Positions 19,240 to 29,555 of a stretch of DNA of 64,000 nucleotides are shown piece by piece. The notes under the pieces are model-generated. The model did no database searches. It saw only the letters and a program-made list of their open reading frames with translations, and was not told the origin of the DNA. The translations under genes were made by a program, and so were the position numbers. This DNA is from a virus. Lineage: Duplodnaviria > Caudoviricetes. The stretch lies in the IMG/VR virus record IMGVR_UViG_2516653005_000001, positions 1 to 64,000 of that record. The stretch is one strand, 5' to 3'. The first letter of the stretch is position 1. Every line of letters begins with the position of its first letter.

Positions 19240-19293
19240 TGCACACCTAATTGATATGAAAATGGCCCCGCCTATTGAGCGGGGCCTGTTTGG

Positions 19294-19815
19294 TTACGAG
19301 ATGCCGAGCAACTGGCGCGCAGTCGCGCTGCGATCGACACCGCCGATGATGGTCACCTTGTTGAAGACGTCGATCTCAGCGACGACTTCGTCATCGATCT
19401 CGTGCTTGAAGTAGTTCGCGCAGAGGTTAATCGTCTGCGATACCTTCTTGCCGGCCTCAACCTTGCCCGGTTTGATCGACTTGATCAGGCTCCGGGTGAT
19501 GAGCTTGACGCCCTTCTCGACACCGTTCGGGGTCATCAAGTAGCCGTAGAACTTGATCGGAACGTCGATCGAGCCTGGGCCGTAGCCAAGGTTGCGCCAC
19601 ACCTCTGGATCCCAGGTGTGCAGCTCGAAATCGAACTCGATCTTCTCGATCCCAAACGGGATCTCGACCGTGCCATCCATGCCGCCGCCACGGAACTCTT
19701 CCACAGCGATGTTGATCTCTGGCGGCTGGAAGCCGGGTGCTTCACCGATTTTGCCGGAGTCTCCGATCCACACGGAGAAATCCAGGAAAATGTTAGCGTC
19801 TCTCAAATTAGCCAT
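19294..19815 (-). CDS. Tail tube protein (P2 FII-like)
   Basis: EEFRGGGMDG, EIDVFN..IIGGVD; follows the sheath gene. Confidence 0.93.
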   Translation of the reverse strand: MANLRDANIFLDFSVWIGDSGKIGEAPGFQPPEINIAVEEFRGGGMDGTVEIPFGIEKIEFDFELHTWDPEVWRNLGYGPGSIDVPIKFYGYLMTPNGVEKGVKLITRSLIKSIKPGKVEAGKKVSQTINLCANYFKHEIDDEVVAEIDVFNKVTIIGGVDRSATARQLLGIS

Positions 19816-19833
19816 TAAAATCTCCGGCCAAAC

Positions 19834-19864
19834 AAAAGCGGCCCCGATCGAAAATCGGAGCCGC
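19834..19864 (-). terminator. Terminator-like hairpin between sheath and tube genes
   Basis: gcggccccgat...atcggagccgc with a U-run on the minus strand. Confidence 0.5.
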
Positions 19865-19892
19865 TGTATCGGTTGGCATTACTCGTTGGTGA

Positions 19893-21326
19893 TTAGTGCG
19901 AGGCGATGTACCGCGAGAACTCCTCCACAAAGTCCGTGTAGTAGTTCGGGTTGCGGACCGCGCGGAACTGCAGATGCTCAAGGCACGCAGGCGGCTCGAG
20001 ATCGAAGTCCACAGTCAGCTCTCCACCCGAGAACGTCGCCGGAGTGTTCACCTTCTTGTCGATCCAGCACTTGCCGCCGATCAGGGCGCCACGCGACGTC
20101 AGCAGGCGAAGGTACGCATTCACGTCTTCGACGATGCTATCGAGCAGCGGGAAGCTGAACGGCTTGTCGAGGCGCGAGCGTTCGGCACGCTCAAGGCTCT
20201 CGTAGATCATGTCGGCGGTGCGCCGGACGGAGAGCTGAGCCCACAGAGGCTCGTCACCAGTGCCGCGCAGGCCCCAGAAGCGGAAGCCGTCGTCGTGGAT
20301 GATCGTGGTGATCTGGGAGGCGTTCAGCATATTCGCCTCGCAGTCCCGGTCGTTCGGCATGAAGTCGACAGGGCGCGAAGGACCGCCGATATTCTGGATC
20401 TCCTGGTTCGAGAACGAGTACCAGAAGCCCTTTTCCTCATCGATGCGGGCCTGAATGCCGGCCGCATAGGCCGAGGCAGGCTTCGTCACGTACGCCGAGG
20501 TCTCGGTGTCCCAAGCCAGGACGCCTGGGTCGATCACGCCGATACGGGCAGAGCCGTAATCGTTGCGATACGCCACAGCGTCGGCGTAGCTGGTGCCCGG
20601 CCCATCCACGAAGCCGACAGCGCGCAGGCGGTCAACGATCGACGCCATCGCCATTCCAACCGGGTTGGCAACCGAGCCGAGAGTCGCAGTCGCGGTCGCG
20701 CCGCTTCCGTCGCCGTTGATGGTTACGGTCGGCGTCCCCGAGTAGCCGAAGCCAGGATCGGTGATGATCGCGCCAGTGACCTTGCCTCCCACAACCTGCG
20801 GGACAGCCTTCGCCTGACGCCCGCCATCCGCCGGGGCGCTGATCTCAATGGATGTCGCCGAAGCGGTGTATCCAGTGCCGGTCGCGGTGAGGTGAATATC
20901 GGCCACACCGTTGGTCGGCCTACCGCTGGTCAGGCCCGGCGCGACGAGCAGCTTCGGGATGACCTTCAGCAGCGGGCGCGACTTGAGCAGCGCCCAGATG
21001 CCAGTCTTTCCGGTCGGCGATCCAACCGCATTCGACCAGGTCTCCGCCTCGGTCGTGCCTTCGGCAACACGGGTCACAACGACCACAGCCGACTTCTGGC
21101 TATAGATCGCATCGACAGCGTCGAGCAGAGTGCCATCAGTCTTGAGCTGACCGGCCTTCAGGGAGTCGGCAAAGACCGGGACCGGCGTGTTCAGCGGAAA
21201 GACGTCCGGGTCGGCATTCGGCGCGGTGCCGACCAGGCCGATCACGTTCGACTTAACCGTCTCAACGGGACCGGAAGGGCTATCGAGCTCGATGGTCTCG
21301 ACGCCGTGAAGATATTGCACAGACAC
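19893..21326 (-). CDS. Tail sheath protein (P2 FI-like)
   Basis: YLHGVETIE, VIGLVGTAP, GFWYSFSN, GFRFWG, VRRTAD. Confidence 0.96.
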   Translation of the reverse strand: MSVQYLHGVETIELDSPSGPVETVKSNVIGLVGTAPNADPDVFPLNTPVPVFADSLKAGQLKTDGTLLDAVDAIYSQKSAVVVVTRVAEGTTEAETWSNAVGSPTGKTGIWALLKSRPLLKVIPKLLVAPGLTSGRPTNGVADIHLTATGTGYTASATSIEISAPADGGRQAKAVPQVVGGKVTGAIITDPGFGYSGTPTVTINGDGSGATATATLGSVANPVGMAMASIVDRLRAVGFVDGPGTSYADAVAYRNDYGSARIGVIDPGVLAWDTETSAYVTKPASAYAAGIQARIDEEKGFWYSFSNQEIQNIGGPSRPVDFMPNDRDCEANMLNASQITTIIHDDGFRFWGLRGTGDEPLWAQLSVRRTADMIYESLERAERSRLDKPFSFPLLDSIVEDVNAYLRLLTSRGALIGGKCWIDKKVNTPATFSGGELTVDFDLEPPACLEHLQFRAVRNPNYYTDFVEEFSRYIASH

Positions 21327-21346
21327 TTTTCTTATTCTCCAAAACG

Positions 21347-21371
21347 AAAAGGCCGCCCTTGCGGGGCGGCC
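21347..21371 (-). terminator. Intrinsic terminator
   Basis: ggccgccc-ttgc-ggggcggcc with a U4 tail on the minus strand. Confidence 0.7.
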
Positions 21372-21395
21372 CTCTGACGTTGATCGTGGTTGTGA

Positions 21396-21845
21396 TTACG
21401 GTCGGCTGATTAGTGGGTGGTGGGACCACCCTTCTTGCCCAGGGGCGACAGTGACCCCTTGCTCGACCCGGATCGTTCCCTTCCGCACGCGAGAGACTGA
21501 CTCTCCGGCGACAAGGATGATGTCGTAGGTGTAACTGCCGGGCTGAACCTGCGCGGCGTCCGCTTGCTTGACTTGAAATCTGAACTCTGCGACCGACAGA
21601 TCGGTCACAAGCATTCGTCCATTCTCGATCGAGGCATCGACGATGAGCACGCCAACTTCGTCGCGAAGCTGCATGTACAGCTTCCAGTTCGGATCGAAGG
21701 CAATCGCTTCGCCGTTATTCGTCAGCTTGTAACTTCGATACCAATCTTCATTTGTCGACACGACGAACTGGTCGTCGGCGACATCCGGCATAGTGCCGGA
21801 GAGCACGACTTCCATGTATTTTAGATCTCCGCCCAGCGAGCCCAC
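21396..21845 (-). CDS. Baseplate or fibre-associated structural protein (BppU-like)
   Basis: YTYDIIL...KGTIRVEQGVT pattern; tail module position. Confidence 0.5.
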   Translation of the reverse strand: MGSLGGDLKYMEVVLSGTMPDVADDQFVVSTNEDWYRSYKLTNNGEAIAFDPNWKLYMQLRDEVGVLIVDASIENGRMLVTDLSVAEFRFQVKQADAAQVQPGSYTYDIILVAGESVSRVRKGTIRVEQGVTVAPGQEGWSHHPLISRP

Positions 21846-22306
21846 ATGGCGTCCAGCTCGGCGTCGGACAAGTTGCGACTCGCCTGAAGCATTTTGGTGA
21901 GACCGTCTTCGCGCAGGACGTCACGCACGGTCGCCCAGGTGACGATCGCCTTTGTCCTCTCGACCGGATCTGGGATCATCGAATCGAAGATTGCCTGCAC
22001 CGCAGCAGGAACGGCCCCGCTCGCGGCGGCGAGACACTCATCGCTAGTGATGAAGCCCTCAGTCATCAGCCCAATCAACAATTGACGACGAGTAATGAGA
22101 GGGGCCGGAAGTACCGGGTTGATTTCAGGAGGATCGGCAAACTCTCGCTCCTCCGTCACTATCTTATAATCCGGGCCTTCCCAGCTTTCATTTGCACCGA
22201 AGACAACGTCGCCTTCGGGAGTGTCGATACGCGATGGGATCACTTCCCACCACGCAAGGGTCGCGCCATCCGACTTCCGGATCAGCGCGTAGCCTGCCTT
22301 CTTCAT
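21821..22306 (-). CDS. Tail fibre assembly-like protein
   Basis: ITRRQLLIGL ... LSDAELDAMW; follows the fibre gene. Confidence 0.55.
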   Translation of the reverse strand: MKKAGYALIRKSDGATLAWWEVIPSRIDTPEGDVVFGANESWEGPDYKIVTEEREFADPPEINPVLPAPLITRRQLLIGLMTEGFITSDECLAAASGAVPAAVQAIFDSMIPDPVERTKAIVTWATVRDVLREDGLTKMLQASRNLSDAELDAMWARWAEI

Positions 22307-22318
22307 GGACCTTCCTTG

Positions 22319-23269
22319 TTAACCCCAATCGATGTAGCAACGTCCGTAGCCGCCGCTACCGCCAGGACTTCCATAGCCACCACCCCAGGACGACGGTGGA
22401 CCGCCTCCGCCGCCGCCACCTGGCCCCTGAATGACGACTGGACATGCGGCAGCTGCTCCGATAGCACCCCAGCTATAGGTCTTGATGAGGTAGCCACCTG
22501 CGCCGCCACCTCCGCCGTTCTGAGCACCCAGGTAGGTGTGCATGAAATCGACCCAAGTTGCGTTGCCAGCGCCGCCCCCGCCACCACCAGCACCGCCGCC
22601 ATTCTGGCCGCTATCACCACCTGACCAGCCTCCAGCACCGCCGTTCGATGCGTAGGTACCATAGCCGTTTGTACCCAGCACATCGTAGCCGCGACCGCCG
22701 CCGCCGCCGCCGCCACCCGTGACATACGGTCCGTTATTGAACTGCGCGATGCCACCTGAAGACCCACCACCACCATTGCCAGCTGCTGGCGGGTAGCCGG
22801 GGCCTGAGTAGTTGACACCACCACCACCTCCTCCTCCGCCGCCGCCCGGACCCCACAGTTGGATGCGGAGCCAATTGAACGCTTTCGGCGTGGTGAAACT
22901 CCACGACCCTGTGGTCCAACCGGTATCCCAAACGCCAGCAGTGACGGCGCCTGTGGTGATCGTCCAGGTCGCAGAGACGACATCGATCGCTAGCGATACA
23001 GTTCGAGAGCTGCTCCAAGCGCTTGGCGCCGTCGCCCGGATCTGGATGGATTGGCCAGGGCTGATGTAGGTGGCCAGCGATGTCCACGCTCCACCGTTGA
23101 TGCTGTATTCGCAGCCCGTCGCAACAACGAGCGCTGGCGTGTCATACCCGGTCGGGGTAATCGTGTTGCTCGTCAAAAGAGAGTTGACAGCAACGTTCGC
23201 TACACTGGTGAAGGCGAAGGGCAGCGGCTTCGAATTGCCTGGGCAAATCGAAGGAAACGGAAAGGTCAT
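22319..23269 (-). CDS. Glycine-rich tail fibre / receptor-binding protein
   Basis: LWGPGGGGG and poly-Gly tracts ending GGYGRCYIDWG. Confidence 0.75.
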   Translation of the reverse strand: MTFPFPSICPGNSKPLPFAFTSVANVAVNSLLTSNTITPTGYDTPALVVATGCEYSINGGAWTSLATYISPGQSIQIRATAPSAWSSSRTVSLAIDVVSATWTITTGAVTAGVWDTGWTTGSWSFTTPKAFNWLRIQLWGPGGGGGGGGGGVNYSGPGYPPAAGNGGGGSSGGIAQFNNGPYVTGGGGGGGGRGYDVLGTNGYGTYASNGGAGGWSGGDSGQNGGGAGGGGGGAGNATWVDFMHTYLGAQNGGGGGAGGYLIKTYSWGAIGAAAACPVVIQGPGGGGGGGPPSSWGGGYGSPGGSGGYGRCYIDWG

Positions 23270-24333
23270 TGCATTGCCACGATGTGAAGGTGGCAGCGCT
23301 TCTTCGTCCTAGCTATGTAGAGCAGAAACTCGTGACCGACCGTCGTAGTGAGCGCGGCTCCAGTTACTTTGGTGAAGCCAGACAGTGTTACTGTTCCAGC
23401 TCCGGTCACGTTTGTGTACTCGATGAGGCATGTGCCTAATCCGCTCGGCGCTACCAATGTGTGCGGGCCGGCGTTGTCGATGCTCTTGATATTGCCGGGC
23501 AACGGATCGATGGTGATCGAGCCGCTCGAAACACTGCCGATTGAATGATCATTCGCAGTAAAACCGCCGGTCAGGTTCTGATTGCCGGCGATAAGAACGC
23601 GCTTTGCATCTTCGGTCGCCACTTCCGTCTTGGTTGGATAGTTGGCGGGATTCCACACCTGCGCATTCGCTGCAGACTGAGCTGCGGATGCAGCCGACTG
23701 AGCTGCTGCTGCACGATCGGCGCCTGTCTGAATGCGGTCGGCAGATGTCTGGGCCGCACTCGTGATTGCAGACGTTTTCGCGTTAAGCGCCTCAGTTCGA
23801 GCAGCATCGATCTCTGCGAAATAGCGCATCGCAGCGATCGTGTTGGCGGCCAACGCACCGATCTGCCAATCCGAGAACGGGCCTGGATTGCCGGTGACCG
23901 ATTTGATCTGCACCATCAGATCGCCAGTGGTCTTGTCGTAGCTGACAAGCTGGGCGATGGCGTAATCTTCAGTCGTCGAAGCTCTCGTGATCGCAACAAA
24001 CGGAGTCGGAACGAACAGATCTCGTTCGTCTAGATTTCCGATGTTGAAAGTGGCCGCGCCTACCGCCAACGTAATCGGCGTCTCAGATCCAGCGAATAGG
24101 AAGCCCATCGCAGAGAGCAGCTGAACCCGGTTATAGGCCGGAAGGATTGCATCGTTGAGCCGCGAAAGGCCGACAGCCCGGAGCTCGTCGACAGCAGCCT
24201 GCCAACTCGGAGTGAAGGGTTCGAGAGAACGCAGACGCTGGTCGATGACCTGCATCGCTTTGTTCAATCGATCTGCGGTGAAGGGGTCTTCCTCGTTGAA
24301 AACTAGCTCAGGATAGTTGCTTGACATCGGCAA
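23266..24333 (-). CDS. Tail fibre-like structural protein
   Basis: Ala-rich coiled coil (AAQSAASAAQSAA); tail module position. Confidence 0.6.
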   Translation of the reverse strand: MPMSSNYPELVFNEEDPFTADRLNKAMQVIDQRLRSLEPFTPSWQAAVDELRAVGLSRLNDAILPAYNRVQLLSAMGFLFAGSETPITLAVGAATFNIGNLDERDLFVPTPFVAITRASTTEDYAIAQLVSYDKTTGDLMVQIKSVTGNPGPFSDWQIGALAANTIAAMRYFAEIDAARTEALNAKTSAITSAAQTSADRIQTGADRAAAAQSAASAAQSAANAQVWNPANYPTKTEVATEDAKRVLIAGNQNLTGGFTANDHSIGSVSSGSITIDPLPGNIKSIDNAGPHTLVAPSGLGTCLIEYTNVTGAGTVTLSGFTKVTGAALTTTVGHEFLLYIARTKKRCHLHIVAMQ

Positions 24334-24511
24334 CCACCCCGGCTTCGACCATCGCGTCGTAAATCGATTGGTCGACGTGATGGGTCTGCGACGGCAGATA
24401 GTGGAAGTCCATGTAAGTGAAGCGCCCGCTAAGGGTCACGTCATAGTACGTTGACCGCACTTCTGCGGTGGCCGCCACCTCGGTGGTGACGGCCGCTTTC
24501 TTGTTTGCCAT
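24308..24511 (-). CDS. Small hypothetical structural protein
   Basis: 67-aa ORF co-oriented within the tail module. Confidence 0.55.
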   Translation of the reverse strand: MANKKAAVTTEVAATAEVRSTYYDVTLSGRFTYMDFHYLPSQTHHVDQSIYDAMVEAGVVADVKQLS

Positions 24512-24532
24512 TTGATGAGTCCTGTCTGCGCC

Positions 24533-26791
24533 TTAGAGCGCGTAGTCCTTCTGCCAGCCGACGTTGAAGCAACGCTGGTTGGTGGTGCTCTCGGTTCTCG
24601 TGAGCTTGCGGAACTGCGTGATCGCCGTTCCAAGATTGAAGACGTACGTCACTTCGCGGGCGCCATCGTTCGGATCGATGTACGTCGACTTGCTCGACGC
24701 AGCGACTTGGGTGCCGAACCCCGATCCGGTGAGAAGCTTGACATCGGCCGTGTGATAGGTCGGGTCAAACGACTCGTAGCGCTCGATCACGCGGATCTGT
24801 GTCGAGGGCGCCGGCAGCGTACGTGTCTTGGAGACGTGAACGGCATAAGTGTCCGGTCGGGACACAAATACCGAGCTGTCCGCAAGGTTGATGGCCGGCA
24901 TAGCGTCGACCGAACCCATGAAGACAGCGCGCAACGGCAGCAATGGCGGGATCGTGCCGCCCTGTCCGAGCATGTACTTGTCGACGTCCGTGAGATTGTA
25001 CCACGTCGATCCAACCTGGATCTCGTATGTCAGCGAGGTACCGTCAGGGACCACAGTGCCAGAGATCAAGTCGATCGCCAGGATGCCGCCCGGAAGCTGC
25101 AGAGGGTTCAACGCGATGACCGCGCGGGCCTGGTTGAACTTGCAGCGATAAAGCCGCATCCACAGATCTTTGAACGCGTCGCCCTGAGCGTATGCACCAT
25201 CCAGAACATAGAAGAAGGTGCCAGACGTGAACTGCTGCCCCGGCACGGTCGCCACCCAATGGTCAGCAGCCGTAGTCACAACGAGCGCATAGCGCTTGCC
25301 GGCCTGCAGATAGATCGGTTGCAACGGAACGACGGTTTCCGCGTTCAGGCGCATGTTTTCGCGCAGCAGGGTCGTTTGGCCGATTGTCTGCTTCAGGTTC
25401 GGAAGGCCATAGTCGGACACTTCACAGATTGCGATGTGAGCCGATCCGCTCGCCGCCAAGCGCGTGAACCAGATGCCAACAGCATCGAGCCACATGTTCT
25501 GGCCCTGCAGCCAAGTCTCAGCGACCTGAGTGCCGGTGACGGTGTTGGTTGTCGTAACGACGTCCCAGTACGGCTCCTCGTAGGTGTCCACCCACAGCTG
25601 GCGCAGCCGAACCCAACCATGTCCGGGACCATCCCAAGCAATGCCCTCGACTTCGTAGGTCTCTCCAGCTCGGAAGAACCGCGATCCGCCGTCGTATTGG
25701 CCGGTCTGCCAGAACAGACTGTTGGTGCAGACCACGAACTCGCCGCCGTACCGAATGCGCTGGCGGGAGATAGTCTTCTGGACCAGATGGAACTCCTGGA
25801 CCGAGTACGCGGCAACCTGCAGCTCGCTATTGATCGAGCCAGAAGTCAGCCACGCTTCGCGCGAGTACGCCGGAAACAGAACACCGTTCTTGATCACCGC
25901 GCTCGGGTCGAGCGGGTTGAAGATGTTCAGCGACGAAAGCCCCTCGGCCGCGTGAGGGAAGCGAATGCCCTCTTCGACCTTGACGTGCGACAGCGGATCG
26001 TCGAGCTGCGACTTTACGTGGTCCAGGAAGAAGTTCGCGTCGGAGTCGATGGCGCTGTAAAGAACGCCGTTCTTGGACTCCAGCACCGCCAGACGCGTCA
26101 ACGTCCGACCCATCGTGACCTGATCGACTTCACCCCGCGAACCAGCAGCTTTCAGTGCGGCGATGTCGGAGGACAGGGTTTTGATCTGCAGGCCAGCGGT
26201 TTCCTCGAACTCTTCGAGATCGACGATCCGCTCTTCGTGCTCCTGCAAATTCGGCAGCCTGTTCTCGTCCACCATGGTGATGGTGTCGACACCAGTCGGC
26301 GTCAGAGTGACGAGCGCGATGATGGTGTAACCGACGTCAACGAGCGGCGGAGTTGCATCCGGCGCTTCATTGCCGATTTGCACGTTCAGGTTCGCGACCC
26401 GCGAATGCACGAGCGGAACAGCCTGCGGTTCAGCCTGCCGTGTCTCCGCATTGATCAGAAACTGGCGAGGACGGACGTCTGTGTCCATCTCCGTTCCCCA
26501 TGTCACGACCGCGACGATCTTCTTGCCGGCGGCAGGAAGCTGGGTAACGAAGTCTTTCGACCAAGCGCTATCGCCAGATGAGAAAACCTTGCCAGCCGAA
26601 TAGAGCCGGCCGGGCTGAACGGTGATCTGCGTAACAGCCGATTTTGTTACGGCAAACCCCGTGTACTTCGCACGATCCGTGATGCCATCGAGAACGACGT
26701 GGTCAAGCGAGGCTTCAGCAAAGTTTTGCAGGCGGGTGAAATCGGACGGATCATCATCGATGTTCTCATGAAAGATGATCTTGTTTTCCAC
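24533..26791 (-). CDS. Large baseplate/tail structural protein
   Basis: 752 aa directly after the gpI-like gene; beta-rich. Confidence 0.7.
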   Translation of the reverse strand: MENKIIFHENIDDDPSDFTRLQNFAEASLDHVVLDGITDRAKYTGFAVTKSAVTQITVQPGRLYSAGKVFSSGDSAWSKDFVTQLPAAGKKIVAVVTWGTEMDTDVRPRQFLINAETRQAEPQAVPLVHSRVANLNVQIGNEAPDATPPLVDVGYTIIALVTLTPTGVDTITMVDENRLPNLQEHEERIVDLEEFEETAGLQIKTLSSDIAALKAAGSRGEVDQVTMGRTLTRLAVLESKNGVLYSAIDSDANFFLDHVKSQLDDPLSHVKVEEGIRFPHAAEGLSSLNIFNPLDPSAVIKNGVLFPAYSREAWLTSGSINSELQVAAYSVQEFHLVQKTISRQRIRYGGEFVVCTNSLFWQTGQYDGGSRFFRAGETYEVEGIAWDGPGHGWVRLRQLWVDTYEEPYWDVVTTTNTVTGTQVAETWLQGQNMWLDAVGIWFTRLAASGSAHIAICEVSDYGLPNLKQTIGQTTLLRENMRLNAETVVPLQPIYLQAGKRYALVVTTAADHWVATVPGQQFTSGTFFYVLDGAYAQGDAFKDLWMRLYRCKFNQARAVIALNPLQLPGGILAIDLISGTVVPDGTSLTYEIQVGSTWYNLTDVDKYMLGQGGTIPPLLPLRAVFMGSVDAMPAINLADSSVFVSRPDTYAVHVSKTRTLPAPSTQIRVIERYESFDPTYHTADVKLLTGSGFGTQVAASSKSTYIDPNDGAREVTYVFNLGTAITQFRKLTRTESTTNQRCFNVGWQKDYAL

Positions 26792-26809
26792 AAATATACT
26801 CCTGAAATA

Positions 26810-28039
26810 TCACGCGATACGTTTGATCTCCCCAAGCCTGAACGAGCCGAGCTTTCGCCGGTCGCCCAAACGGACGACGCGATGAGTCACGGTGTTCACG
26901 AGAACGGTGTCGCGTAGGGGTTTCGCCGCAACGATCGCGTCACACGCTTCGTTGATGCGGCTGTTGTCTGTTGGGACTCGAAAGCCGTTTCTGAACCTGC
27001 CTCCGAAGCCTCTCGCTGGTGAGCGGAGCTGCGGAATTTCAACGGTTGCCTCGGCCGTAAACGGCTGAATGCCGTAGCGCATGTGGCCGCGATAAGACTT
27101 CGCGGACAGTCCTTTCGGTAGATCTGCCTTACTGTGCAGGGCGATCTGATCGTAGATCCAAAGCGGAGCGTCTGACTGACGCCGGAAATTTCTTCCTCGA
27201 AATGATTTGCTGTAGTCGTGAAAGTGGCGACTTTGGTCGGGCACGTTTCGTTGAGCGATATGCTCAGCCTTCACGCTCTGTGGCACCAACCCTGTCGTTA
27301 CAGAACTGAGACTCGCAGCATCATCGGAGACTATGACCGTGACGATGCTGTCATCTGCCGTCGTCGTTCGGTAGAACTTGTCACCGCGAAATCCGACAGA
27401 GTGAAAGTCACTGCTCGTCGGTGAGCCGAAGAACACTCGCTCCACGACCGCGCCGTCGATCCCGGACATCGCTTCGATACGAATGTCCTGCTCCTGACCG
27501 TTGCGGATCAGGGTCGATTTGCGTCCGTAAATCTGCGGACCGATACTTGGCTCACGGAAGTTGTCGTTCCGGAAGCAGTAGGTCGGCATCCTGAAATCTC
27601 GCGGACCGGCGAGTTGCCTGATGGCGTAAGTGTAGACTCTGATCTGCGGAAGCTTTTCGAGCCACTTTCTGAAGCCTTCGTCTGTCATCGCCGGGATGCG
27701 ATATCCACGCGCCGGCGGAACGACGAGGTCCCGCAAGTTGGCGTCGACCAATCCAAGGTACGTAGCCATTCCGGCCTTCGTGCCCTTGATCCGGTGATGA
27801 GCAATTGCGTTGGCTATGACCGAGCGCTTCTTCGCCTCGGGCCAGTTCGGATTCCAAATGTCGGCCGAGAACGACCATGCCAGATACGGCAGATCGTCGA
27901 TGTGGCATCGATATGGATCCCACAGGCGGCGAAGTCTGTCGGTGTCGAGATCGAGAAGACGCTGGCTCTCAGAAGCAAGCGTCCTCTCATAGAGATAGGC
28001 GTTTGGCGGGAGCACATGCTCCATCAGCCGCTGCGTCAT
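26810..28039 (-). CDS. Baseplate wedge protein, P2 gpI-like
   Basis: LPPNA..YER, LWDP..C..LPYLAW..S.D.W..W.E..KR, HRIKGT. Confidence 0.9.
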   Translation of the reverse strand: MTQRLMEHVLPPNAYLYERTLASESQRLLDLDTDRLRRLWDPYRCHIDDLPYLAWSFSADIWNPNWPEAKKRSVIANAIAHHRIKGTKAGMATYLGLVDANLRDLVVPPARGYRIPAMTDEGFRKWLEKLPQIRVYTYAIRQLAGPRDFRMPTYCFRNDNFREPSIGPQIYGRKSTLIRNGQEQDIRIEAMSGIDGAVVERVFFGSPTSSDFHSVGFRGDKFYRTTTADDSIVTVIVSDDAASLSSVTTGLVPQSVKAEHIAQRNVPDQSRHFHDYSKSFRGRNFRRQSDAPLWIYDQIALHSKADLPKGLSAKSYRGHMRYGIQPFTAEATVEIPQLRSPARGFGGRFRNGFRVPTDNSRINEACDAIVAAKPLRDTVLVNTVTHRVVRLGDRRKLGSFRLGEIKRIA

Positions 28040-28042
28040 GAT

Positions 28043-28915
28043 TTACTCCTGACGCGCGTTCGCTACATCGATGCTCGCCGAGTTGATCCACACGCACGCG
28101 TCGTAACCGACGTTGATGTCTTGAAAGTCCGTCTCGACGTTGTGGACACCCTCTTGCGAGAGCGCAGCGAGCAAGGCGGACCTCTTCAGGTCTCGTCCGA
28201 TCATCGAGATACGATTGCGCAGGCTCGTCAGAGCCTTCTGAACGTCTGCTACGACCAGCGAAGCGTCAGGACCCGGATAGAGCGTGAGCTTCGCCGTGAT
28301 GTCGGTTTGGATCTTACGAACAGGCAGGACCGAAATGTCGTCGGTCAGAGGCTTGATGCCATCCGACATCAGCCTGTCGTAGATCGCGTCAATCAGTGCT
28401 GAGGAAGGGACAGGGTTTGCCCCGTTCGCCATCACCGTGACAATGACACGCCCTGTGCCGCGCTCCGGAGAGACAGCGGTCACGTCCCGAACATCTGATG
28501 AAACGCTCTTGGCGTGAAAAATGTAAGCGCCAGGGCTACCAGCCGTGGTGTAGGCCTCCATCGAGACCTGGATGCGAAATCTGAGAGACTCGTCCAACTC
28601 GTCCGGCAGTCGGAACACATTGAACCGGGCGCCGATGACGTCGAGATCTGACCCCTTGGCGAAGGGAAGCATGCTCGCCCTGGCAGCGGAATTGATCCGC
28701 TCGCGGACGATCATTTCAGCGTAAGCTTCGACCTCAAGGATGATGTTGGTGGCTGACTGCTCAAGCTGCAGTGCTGCAGCAAGGCTAGGGTTCTTCTGCA
28801 GAACCTCTGCCTTGTAGATCTTCAGCAGCTCTTCGTAGTCGATTTCCTCAATGACTTTTGGTGGTGGTAGCCGCGCAAAGTCGATGTAAAGCGACGGCGA
28901 CTCGAAATACGGCAT
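28043..28915 (-). CDS. Baseplate J-like protein
   Basis: LPPPKVIEEIDYE, AKGSDLD, TAGSPGAYIFHA, KPLTD. Confidence 0.93.
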   Translation of the reverse strand: MPYFESPSLYIDFARLPPPKVIEEIDYEELLKIYKAEVLQKNPSLAAALQLEQSATNIILEVEAYAEMIVRERINSAARASMLPFAKGSDLDVIGARFNVFRLPDELDESLRFRIQVSMEAYTTAGSPGAYIFHAKSVSSDVRDVTAVSPERGTGRVIVTVMANGANPVPSSALIDAIYDRLMSDGIKPLTDDISVLPVRKIQTDITAKLTLYPGPDASLVVADVQKALTSLRNRISMIGRDLKRSALLAALSQEGVHNVETDFQDINVGYDACVWINSASIDVANARQE

Positions 28916-28937
28916 TCTTCTTCTTTGCTTGTTGCCG

Positions 28938-29300
28938 CTATGTGACCGTTAGCTGTACCCTCGCTAGGTTTTGCTCAACGAGATCGACACCTTCGAGCGC
29001 AATCCTGATAGAGCCATCGGACCCCATCTGTTCGACGATGGCCTTTCTGATCTTGAACTCAGGCTCGTATGTGTTGATCGCGGAAATCGCGGCCATCATA
29101 CCGGTGAGAAGGACTTCCTGATTTCCAGGCTTGTCCTGCATGTCGATGAACTTCGATCCCCACCACAGACGCATGAGGCGAACGCCGATCCGCGTCGTGA
29201 GGATTGTCTCGATGCTTTGCTTGATGCGCGCGAGACCGGAGATGTATTCACCGGTCTTCCTATCCACATCGATCAGATGCTCAGTCGCCAGCGTCGCCAT
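28938..29300 (-). CDS. Baseplate wedge gpW/gp25-like protein
   Basis: IKQSIETILTTRIG.RLMR..WGS, YEPEF; start at MATLAT assumed. Confidence 0.88.
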   Translation of the reverse strand: MATLATEHLIDVDRKTGEYISGLARIKQSIETILTTRIGVRLMRLWWGSKFIDMQDKPGNQEVLLTGMMAAISAINTYEPEFKIRKAIVEQMGSDGSIRIALEGVDLVEQNLARVQLTVT

Positions 29301-29550
29301 TCGACGCCTCAACATGCCGGCGACCACGCTTCGACCGTTTCGAGGCCTCGTCCGCTTCGTCGAACGCCTCTGGCTCTTCGGAGGCCTGTTGTTCCGGAGC
29401 CTGCTCCGCTTCCGGCACGACCTCGGTCACCGCGTGCTTCAAATACTTGACCTGCTTCTCCGACAGGCTAAGCTGGGCACCAGCTTCAAGCAGGTTTCCC
29501 TTCCACCACAACTCAGTGTTGACGGTGTATTGCTTCATCTGAAAATCCAT
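29281..29550 (-). CDS. Hypothetical protein
   Basis: 89-aa ORF in the baseplate module. Confidence 0.55.
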   Translation of the reverse strand: MDFQMKQYTVNTELWWKGNLLEAGAQLSLSEKQVKYLKHAVTEVVPEAEQAPEQQASEEPEAFDEADEASKRSKRGRRHVEASNGDAGD

Positions 29551-29555
29551 TCTTG

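Noticed and set aside
22303-22983. Alternative-frame Ala/Val-rich ORF over the glycine-rich fibre gene
   Set aside because: By-product of poly-Gly GGC/GGT codons.
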